From NCBI RefSeq assembly GCF_000711695.1, contig NW_013547016.1:1-64000 (forward strand): 64,000 bases of DNA. Direction: 5' to 3'. A model generated the notes under the pieces. It made no database searches, was not told the DNA's origin, and saw nothing but the letters and a program-made list of their open reading frames with translations. Below are positions 51,001-60,579 of this stretch, in pieces. Every line of letters starts with the position of its first letter. Positions within the stretch are counted from its first letter, which is position 1. This DNA comes from Tilletiaria anomala UBC 951. Taxonomy: Eukaryota. The position numbers and the translations under genes are program-made.

Positions 51001-51641
51001 TCGAGTATCTCAGCCGATATGCGAGTGTCCGTTGCGACTCTTCACAGGTCGTTTCCCCGTCTGATGACCAGTCCACACCTGGCTCGGTCATCTGGGATCC
51101 AAGCCAATGGCGCAATCCGCATATCCCCGCCGCTTTGCAGGAGGAAGTGTCGGACACTGCCAGTCTCCCAGCCGAAACAGGCGATACCTCTGCAGGCGAA
51201 ATTGCCCTCGGAGGGTGCAGCGTTGCTCCCCCCGATTCGCAGCGTGATATTCGGGCACTGCCATCGGAAGCAGAAAGCATCACGCCAGCGACGACCAAGC
51301 GCGCGCGCGCGAATCCGCTTCTCACTTCTCCGCTGAGCCCCATCTCGGTCAAGAAGCCCGATCCCCCGCTGGTGGGAAGCGTAAAAGAGCGTGTACAGGC
51401 GATCGAGAGCAAGAACATTGGCCGCACTTCCGATGTGGAGCAATTGTTCAGTCCCCTCGTGTCTCCTTCCCGCTCGCCAAATGCTGTGTTGTCGCCGATC
51501 AGGAGCCCGAGGCGCGCGAAAGAAGAGATGCCGCCGACTGCGACACAGCGCGAGAAGGTGAAGTATGTGCACGGGCTAGCGCCCAAAGCGCAGCTCTTCG
51601 TCGCCAATCCCGATCGCGAGGGCAGTTCATCGTCGTCGTGA
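48078..51641 (+). CDS. Kelch/galactose-oxidase-like beta-propeller single-pass membrane protein
   Basis: Signal peptide MPLTLVAVALFGATG; intron ~48167-48259; kelch-like blades (VVHGG, LLLFGG, RRFHAA...IIGG, RRAHIAV...IFMHGG, ARYAHTA); S/G/T stalk; TM segment AGVVVGALVGLGLVAAGAGYVVY-RR; long disordered cytoplasmic tail. Confidence 0.85.
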
Positions 51642-52238
51642 GAGGCACTCAGCACAGAATCTTGGCAGCCCTTTACATGACCGGGACGCAAGCTCATTCT
51701 GCAACAGCTTTTGTATCTGCCCGCACTACATGTAGACTACAGTGGATTCCAGATGGACAATCAGATGTTTGACCTGTTCGCCCACTTGCCATTGCATCTT
51801 CCTTTACGCTCCTTGTTGATTTGCGACCTGACTCCAGAGAATGGATGTCGTCTGGATTGAACAGCGAACGTGATCAAGACCAGAAAGAGAAAAAAGAAAG
51901 AAAAGAGCAAAAAGAATCAAGGTTTCCGTCTTGGTATCACGAGCTGGCCAGCAACCCAACTTTGGCATTGACCGTTCAACATTGCAACACTGCAACTGCT
52001 TTTGATCTGCTGTCCAAGAAGGACGCTTGGGCTCAGCAGAGTGTAGTGGCGCACATCTCGCTGCGCGAACGTGACCTCTTTCCTCTCTCGCCTTGGGGTG
52101 CCAACAATTAGCGGCAGCTCGTGTATGTTCATTAGCCAGCAAGGAATCAAGATTGTGCGCCATTTTCGGCCCTGCCCTCCTCCCTCGAGCTGTCAATTAG
52201 CTTCCAATGAACGGCGACAGAGAGCACCTGACATTGCC

Positions 52239-54368
52239 ATGTCTTTCTCACAGCTGATTTTGCGTGATATATCTCTCGACACGTGCCTAGAAGAACTCAG
52301 AGGATATTCGGACGAGCTCAAAACTTTGGCAAAGGAGACCACCCGTGACAAGGATCGCAGGGCGGGCGTGATCGATGAGGTCCGCAATGACGCTTTCCCA
52401 TCGACGCGGGTTCTCGCCTTTGTTGAACAATACGTCAAGGCTGAAGAAGATGAGCAGTCCTACGAACGAAGGCAATGTTGGGGGCGAATAGGATTTTCCG
52501 TATTACGCATTCTGCGGAATGCTGCAATTGGCGACGGTCAGCTCTCGGTGCTGTGGGTTCTCTGTGCCATGAGAAACATGTTCCCGCTCCTCTGATAAGA
52601 ATCTCTATTATCCTTCACTATAGGTCTATTCTCTTGGCGAGGCAAGACTTGTTGCAGAGGCTAGCAACGTGGACCTTTCAGCTGGAAGCAGAAAGTGCGT
52701 GATTGTCGCCCTCTGACGAGAGACTGCCTCGGATCGTCCTTACAAAAGCTGTTTAATCCGTCACAGATCATAAGGTCTGTCAATCCATGATCGAATGCCT
52801 TTGCAACTCCATTACATGCAATGAATCCGCTCAGCAGATTCTCTGGTCTGCGCTTCGTGCCAAACACACTTCGGCTCCGCACATCGACTTCCGCTGGGTA
52901 GAGTGGGCAGCCGTCAGGCTCCTGTCCCTTTTTGTACGTGCTGCTGATGCACATCTTGGGATCTCTGAACGCCAGACATCTTTTGACACTACCAAACAAA
53001 GCTACTTCACTAGTAGCATGCGTGTTGTTGCTCAATGTCTGCCGAACCGGCGATTCGGGCATAGAACGATGGTGAGCCTCCATGTTCGATCTGACGAGCT
53101 GAGGAACCAAACCCCAGCTCATTCGAATGGATATTTCTCCTCCAACGAAGCACGGAGTTAGCTACCTTGTCAGCTTGTAAACCTGTCATTTTGGCGCTTT
53201 TGCAGATATCTGGCCGGTCCATCGAACGGGAAGACGACCCAGAGGAGGAAGACGGAAAATTAGACGAGGAGCGTCTACGAATCATGTGAGTATAGTGCCT
53301 ATGGTCTGATTGAGATGGCGCTAGCGATTGAACGGCCCGTTCGCAGACACACTCATTTTAGTTATCTCTTTTCGTTGGGCCTCTTCGGCGACATCTACAC
53401 CAACATCCAGCCTGAGCAGAACTCTTCCCACGGCACGATCACCACGGAGCAAGTCACATTCCTCAAGTTGTTCGATGCACACCTCTGCCATCATGCCAAC
53501 GAGTATCCTCTGTCGAGAGCAATGGGCGATGCACAAGTACTGCTCGAGCAATATCAATTCCTGGCAGGAAAAGCTCTGAGCATTATGAGCATGGAAGACG
53601 GCGAGCCATGGGAGGGAGCGCGGAGTGAGCTCATTGCCATCCACCAAGGCCTTGTGCTGCTTTTGCAAGCAATACTCGCCTTTGTATTGCCCACGCAAGG
53701 TACTGTGGGGGCCCTTCCAGCGGAGGAGATGGCCGTCCATGAAGAGATCGCGTCCCCCGCGGAAGGTGAAGGGCTGCTGTTGGTCGGAAGAATACTCATC
53801 AAAGAGTTGAGAGCATCAAAGACTCTTGCAGTGGAGCAGATTGTCTCTCTGCTCAAGACAATCACTTCATTCAGTCCAGCCATTTCGCCCTTTCAGCCTT
53901 TGACTTCAGCAGCAGCCGCTCCGCCACCTAACCACATCGCCACGCAGACGGGAGAAGCGAAGTCTCTGGCTTCCTCCAAGTCAGACTCGGCAGGAAGAGA
54001 AGTACAAGGAAAGGGGCTCCGCTACCTCAAGCGCGACCTTCTTCGTCTCCTCACGTCACTGGTCTTTCTCCCGCCGAGAACGGCTGCCGTTGACGCGAGC
54101 GAAAGGGCGACCGTCACAGAGGTGCAAGACAGGGTGCGCGAAAGTGACGGGCTGTACACAGTGCTGAGCATGACGGTGTTGGACGTTGAAAACCCCTGTG
54201 AGTTGCTGATAGAGGGTAGTCTGACGTTTGTGAGTCACTAGCATTGACAGAATGCGGCATCAATACACAGACATGAAGGAGCATGCCATCCTAGCGCTGC
54301 GATACTTGCTCGTTGGGAACCAGGCATCTCAAGACCTCATCGCACAATTGCGACCTGTAAACAGCTAG
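52239..54368 (+). CDS. Ataxin-10 / Ctr86-like ARM-repeat protein
   Basis: VLRILRNAAIGD, EQVTFLKLFD, LKRDLLRLLTSL, VQDRVRESDGLYTVLSMTVLDVENP|YMKEHAILALRYLLVGNQASQDLIAQLRP (ataxin-10-type C-terminus). Multi-exon; internal boundaries are approximate. Confidence 0.85.
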
Positions 54369-55345
54369 TCATGCGCTAGATCATCGCTATGGTGCTCAGG
54401 TGGGTGCCGCGAATTGTACTCTGCTGCCAGCACGCTTGTGTGCTCTTCGTCATGCTCGTCTTCGGAGACGGCGTCTCCTCTTTCGCGTGCGAGAGCGTCC
54501 CCTGGGCCCCATGTTTCTTGTGAGGCTTCGTTGGCAGCTGATTTGCGCGGAAGTATGTCGAGAAGAAAGTCGAACATATCGGTTTGCGTCGTCGCGGCCA
54601 TAACGTCCTGCTTGGTGATCATCTTGCGCCGAGACTCCTCTGCGACCGTGTACGCACGGGACGTGAGATCTGCAATGAAGACTGATAATTTTCTCCACTG
54701 AGCTCTGGTATGATCAACATTATCCCCCAGTGTAGTATGTGCAAGCTCACTTTCACACGCTCGCGCCAGGAGCATCGGCGCCTCTGTGCTGATCATCTTC
54801 ACCGCTTCGTCACTCTTCATCACTTTTTTGATCCTTGCGAGCGGGAGACTGGAGCCAAGAACGTGCTTTTGTGACTGGCCAATGGCAGCAGCGCTTGTGC
54901 CTTGCGCCGAGGCCTGGTTTGGCTGGTCATGAGCGACGCCTGTTCTTGTTGCGGAATGTTCTTCGCCTTCCACTAGATCCATGTAGTAGCTCCAAAATTC
55001 CCTTTGGAACCAATTCAAGCTGATATTGCTCCGCTGAGCTGCTCCCGTCGTAGTTGCAGTCGAACCAGCGTTCAAAGTGCTCATTTGCTCGAGTATGTTG
55101 TCTGGAACGTTGATCAGCACCAAGCCAGAAGATACTGCACTAGACTCAATTGAAGCTGCAAAATCCTGCTCTTGCAGCACGGAACATCCTTGCAGAGAAG
55201 AAGAGCTGACCTGTGCTCCGCACCCATTCCTTAGCGATTGCTCGAGCTCTATCAAGGCGGCTGGTGGGAGGTAGAGTGGAGTATACGAGCTGCTATCGTC
55301 CTGTGCCTGCGAGAGGACTTGCGAGGCTGGTAGTGATGTCGACAT
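54365..55345 (-). CDS. NF-YC/Hap5-like histone-fold transcription factor
   Basis: SLPLARIKKVMKSDEAVKMISTEAPMLLARACE|IFIADLTSRAY...DMFDFLLDILPR; 69-nt intron at 54750-54682. Confidence 0.88.
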   Translation of the reverse strand: MSTSLPASQVLSQAQDDSSSYTPLYLPPAALIELEQSLRNGCGAQVSSSSLQGCSVLQEQDFAASIESSAVSSGLVLINVPDNILEQMSTLNAGSTATTTGAAQRSNISLNWFQREFWSYYMDLVEGEEHSATRTGVAHDQPNQASAQGTSAAAIGQSQKHVLGSSLPLARIKKVMKSDEAVKMISTEAPMLLARACESELAHTTLGDNVDHTRAQWRKLSVFIADLTSRAYTVAEESRRKMITKQDVMAATTQTDMFDFLLDILPRKSAANEASQETWGPGDALARERGDAVSEDEHDEEHTSVLAAEYNSRHPPEHHSDDLAHD

Positions 55346-56039
55346 CCTGTGCTCACGCGGGTGGCTTGTTTCAACGTCTTATTTGAGCTGCAACTCTATT
55401 GTGGATGCGAATAAAGGCTCAACTGGAACCTTCGCTCAAGCAGGTGCACGCCTTGCAAACCCGCTGCGAGAACCTCTCCAGGGAAGCACCGTCTCCAACT
55501 TCAACGCCTTCGTTCACCGTCGCCGCAGTCAGGCGCCACATTGAGCTTTAAGCGAGACGGGTTGTGAGGTTCCCCACTGAGCGCAGAAAGCCGAGTTGCC
55601 GCAGGTCTGCGTTATGCATCGCACCGGTGTTCGAAGGACCTTTACGATGGATCATCGCAGAACCGAGTTGATGCGACGGATGAATGGCGATTAGATGTGG
55701 AATCCGCATCAGCCGTTCATTTGCTATCGGATCGCTTATGTAACGCGAGGCGGTGCCGCAAGGCTCCCTGCAACATCAGTCGCCAGGTCAGTCTGGCCAT
55801 TTGACCGCGTCAATCGGCCAATGGCAAGATGCTGTTTTGCTCATCCTCACCGCGTGACCAAAGCAAGCCGCATATGTGCTTCGTACAAGAGTTTTAACAG
55901 GGGTAGTTCCTGAATAGCAAACATCGAGGAAGGGAACGCTTTGAAGGTTCACCTGGACAAACGTGCGATTGAAGTGGGCTAGTCAACGTGTCCAGGCGCT
56001 CCCCTTGATCGCCGATCACGAGCGGGGTCCACCCGAGCC

Positions 56040-57151
56040 ATGGGTCAGCAAGGCTCTAAGGGGCCTAAAATCACGGCGCAAGATCGTGCCATTCTGGAGT
56101 GGGTATTGTATTTTCTGAAGAGGTGAGGAGGAATAAACAAAGTGAGCTGACTGTCATCTGTGTCGCCTCCCGCTTTAGCCTGAAGCTTCAACGCGACAAA
56201 ATCAAGCAATATCAGAAGAAGGTGAATGGTCCAATTATCTTGCGCGGCATGCTCGTCCAGGACTGACTTCAAGGAATTATTTCCTGGGTTACCGATCTAA
56301 TTTCTGCGTTTCAAATGAGAAAGCTGTCCATAGGTACCGAGCGCGAAAATGCTTTGGCCAAGGAAGCTCTCGCTCGAGGTGACCGGGATAAGGCACGAAC
56401 GGCGCTGCGGCGCCGAAAGTATCAAGAGTCGCTTCTGAGCAAGACAGATGGCCAGCTTGAGACGCTTGAGGGCCTAGTGCGTTCTCGAAGGCGAACCATC
56501 TGCTTCGCCAATTTTCGCGTGCTGGAAACCTCACTGACCATGGTTATGACCCCCACCGCGTGCCATCTCGCCAGGTCTCGACAATCGAGTTCGCCCAGAT
56601 CGAGCAAGCCGTCTTGCACGGCCTCAAGCAAGGCAATGAGGTCCTGAAGGACATACATAGAGTCATGAAGATTGAATCCGTCGAGAAGCTCATGGAGGAA
56701 ACTGCTGAGGCGCAGGCCGCCCAAAGAGTGCGTACGCTCCTGTCTGCTAGGTCGCTTTCTGCTGCTGGACTGTGTTCCTTGTAGCTAACCCGGTCACCTT
56801 CCCTCTTGACACGTTGATGCAGGAAATCGACGAAATGCTCTCCTCTCAAATGACGGCCGAAGAGGAAGAAGCAGTTATGAAGGAGCTTGAGGAGATTGAG
56901 AAAGAGCAACAAGCACTGATGCTGCAGGAGGAAGGCGACGAGGATGCCGTCCTGGTACGTCTTCCAGAGCATTTTAAACCACTTCGTCGTGACTCCTCCC
57001 TTACTCTGCACTCTGACATACTTTGCAGATCATAAAGTTGCCAAGTGCCCCAAAGACCAAGCTTATACAGCAAGAGTCGCAGCAACAAGAGCCTGCACCC
57101 GTTCGGGAACGAGCACAAGAGAGGCAGCAGCCAGAAGCAGTGCTTGCATGA
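56040..57151 (+). CDS. VPS20: ESCRT-III subunit Vps20/CHMP6 (Snf7 family)
   Basis: Myristoylatable N-terminus MGQQGSK; KITAQDRAILDLKLQRDKIKQYQKK; ALRRRKYQESLLSKTDGQLETLEGL|VSTIEFAQIE...GLKQGNEVL; VEKLMEETAEA; MIM2-like KLPSAP. Six exons. Confidence 0.94.
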
Positions 57152-58399
57152 AGTGGTGCATTGTGTGTGTGCCCCTCTGCGATGTCAAAGTCTCACGCCA
57201 GGCGTGCAACGGCTTTGATCCAGTGGGAAACCGACTGCACCGCTCGGGCATCGCGAATCACATGTGCTATTTGCCGATATCTGGGCGCTATTCCATGTGT
57301 GGCTGCGAGCGCTTATTGGTGAACGTCTTTGCGCAACGCGTCAGGCGTGTCACGGCATCCCTCCACTCGACAGTCGCTGCCTCGCGTGTACGCTTTGGCT
57401 GCACACATGCCTCGCCGACACGGTTGCGAGTCCTTCTGGTCAGCGGTTCGCGCGCGTTCTGCTGCTCATGGAGAGGCCGATCTACTCGCAGTGCACGGCT
57501 GACCCCACATGACACAGACGTGGCACATGACACACTCTTTCATGATTTGTGAGAGAAGCGTCCGGTTAACCCTTGATACTAAGCAGGAAGCTGCGAGTCC
57601 AAGTTGAGCCACGCATTAACTCGCCGGCCTACCTACGAAGTGTAACCCTCGCCCTGTCCTCCTTGGAGGTGGAATAAATGGAGACACTTGATAACCTGCC
57701 GTTCTGTCCGTGAGTGTCACCATTCGCGCGAGCAAGGCTTCATTCCACCGGAGTGACTGGTGACGCGATGAGCGGTTGCGGCCAAGTACGCAGTCGAACA
57801 AATGATCAGATGTACACGATAAACCACAAGAACGTGATAAAAGATGCAAGGGTATGCATTACAAGTCCGCCGAGCAGGTGAAGTAGAACAGCTTTGCAGG
57901 CAAGCGGTAGTCGTTCAGCCATGAGGAGTTCTTGAAAAATAACAAGAATCAGGCGCCAGACGCCGGAAGCTGTCCCATGAGGAACTTGATGGAGTCGGCG
58001 GGGGCGAACGGGCGATGAAGCCAAAGTACAACCGCCCTGGCAAACCCAGAAACAGCACCGTGAAGCATTCATCAGTCAATTACATCATCAATTCATCATA
58101 ACGTTCTTCATCAGTGCTTTTGGGTGTGTTTACTGTGGTGTTCCGCCCTTATTTTGGCCGGCGTTTGGTCGAAGGCAGACCTGATCATTGAAATCATAAG
58201 TGAATACGAAGGCTATTCGTATACACGCACTAGACAGCAGTATGTTCACCTGGAGTCGAGCAACCATGCCACCTGCGCCGAAAACGGGTTCAATTACGTT
58301 CCACTCTCCACTGGTCAGTCAGTCATAGCCAGTCATCGGTCATCAGCCAGTCAATCATCACAATACACAATCAGCAATGCATATACTTCCACAATTCTC

Positions 58400-59680
58400 T
58401 GTTTATCCTATCCTTGGTGCATGCTCGTCTTCGTCTCGCTTGTACATCAGTATAGTGCCTTATCTCTGCCTCAGCCGCTGCAACCTAAGTTGAGAGCGTT
58501 AGAGTCAAGGATATCGCTCCTTTCGTGGTCTGGGGGTTATAGCACCCTTGTTTTCTGCGCCTCAATCTTCTTTCGCATACCAGCTCGATTCCTCTCCACC
58601 GTTTTACCATTGCCAACGTTGTCTTTTTCCTATTTTACTAGTTACAGCAGCTATAGATGATGCCGCTCGACGTGCTCGGACTCCATTTATTACGGTTAAC
58701 AACCAGGTGGCACTCAACGGTTACTATGAACAGCTTTGATGTTCTCTCTAGCATGCATCTTGACAAAGCACCTAAAAAGTTTCCTGGAAAATACTCTATC
58801 AGGCAGCAAGAATTCGCCATTTGCGGCCTCGAATTAACCCTGCCTGTGCTCGCAATTCCAGCGTGCGCTCTGCCGATACTTTACAGCTTAACGCTCAACG
58901 CTCAGCCCATGGCTTTACGAGAATGTATGGAGGGGGACCTCGCATTTCCATGAATTTGCACTGGTAATAATCGACGCAAGTACATTCTGAATTTCTAAAA
59001 TTGCTCGAAAGCACATGCAAGAATCTCAGCCTCGGGTTCACAACCCCATCTCTCCGTTCTCGGGTCCCAAGGAGAAGGCATTGGATCTCAACCGACGCTC
59101 CAAAGTGACAGTTGTAAATTTTCTGCAACACGCCCACGGTCATATAGAAGGCAATGGGTGTGTGTATTGCAAATGCTCAGGCTCATGCAGAACAAAAGCT
59201 TGTGGCAATAGTTCGCAGAAATTTCCAGATGTGGACATCAGCCCACTAGGCAAGGACACCTACGCTCTCAGATTCATGTAGAAGGAAATGTAGCACATCA
59301 GCCTGCCAGACAAAGACACCACTTCACTCTCATGTGCTGTAGAAGGAGGGATCGTAGCATTGTATAGCAGGTGATCAGGCGTCAGAGTGACACACTCTGT
59401 GCTCTCAGGATTATATAGAATGTTCTTATTGGAGTTCAGCCTACATTCAACGGTACCAATTGCCAACCCTTGTGGATATGCTGTATTTTACAACAGGCTC
59501 TAGGCTATTAGGCTCATCTAGAATAAGGGAAGGTACATTGCAATGAAAATTCTCATGGTTGCGATCCATGTAAATCACTTCTGCATTCTCAAGGTAGGGT
59601 AGAAGAATGGAATGTTGCACTGCGTTGAGAGCGCTCAGGTCATGCGAAGTGAGGGTTGCTGCGTGTAAGCTGACCGTCAC
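58400..59680 (-). mobile_element. Possible highly degenerate Ty1/copia-like retrotransposon remnant
   Basis: Relatively AT-rich broken ORFs. Fragments loosely resemble, in order, pre-integrase (IYNCHFG...CTCVDYYQCK) and integrase (NRKKTTLAMVKRWRG...YNPQ) sequence. No LTR or primer-binding site found. Weak inference. Confidence 0.25.
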
Positions 59681-60579
59681 GAGACAGGGGTTACCAAGAA
59701 ACCCTAGATAGCACTCCGCACTTTGCGCCTTCGCGCCGACTCGAAAGGGCCAATTTGCCGCTGATTATGCTTTTACCGTGCCGGTACGTTGCACGAGTCG
59801 ACCCCTCTTCCGGTAAATATTGAATAACTTTTGTGGACATCACGGCGGTGTTTGGAGCTGTAGAAGCCTGAATTAGGCCTGTGTAAATATGTTTGCCGAC
59901 GGTCCGCCAGCGTTGATGTTGCGTTTGTTACATAAAACGTATTTCGAACCTCAATGTGCTTAGACCAACATGCTCGAACGTGCCTCGCCTCACGGAGCCG
60001 CAGGGCAGCTAACAATGCTCCGACGTTCTGTTCAGCACACATTCATGCGATTGCACTAGGATGCGGCATTGGTCTTCATCGAGAGACTGTCATTAAAATT
60101 CGTTCGTGGTCATAACAGGTCGTTAAATGCAGTTCAGAAAATGTGTATGCTAGGCGTGCCGACAACTACGGGGCCCTCCTGTCGTTCCGTACGCGCTGTG
60201 CGGGCGTGTTCGAGCAAATGCACCGAATGATCTTTGAGATGGCTTGGAAAAGGGACCGTGAGGAGAAGAAGTGACTCTGGGGAAGCGGTAGATAATGCTG
60301 ATTCTTGCGTGGCGTTAGGAGGTGAGCAGCAGCTTGATTTGAAGAGGAGAGGAAACGTCCTGTCTTGATGCGTGCAAAGAGCCAACTTGCTTGTGGGGGT
60401 GACGAACGGAGCCAAAAGGATATGTAAAAGAAGGCTGCATATGGGGCAGCGCGAAGTCGAAATTGGTCCGTCTGGCGAGAAAGCATGCACTGAGTGCATT
60501 TGGATGATTGGTTTGCGCGTTCCATGCATGCGTGGGGGTACTCAGCACCGGGAGAGGTATGATGTGCCTAGAGTGGGCA

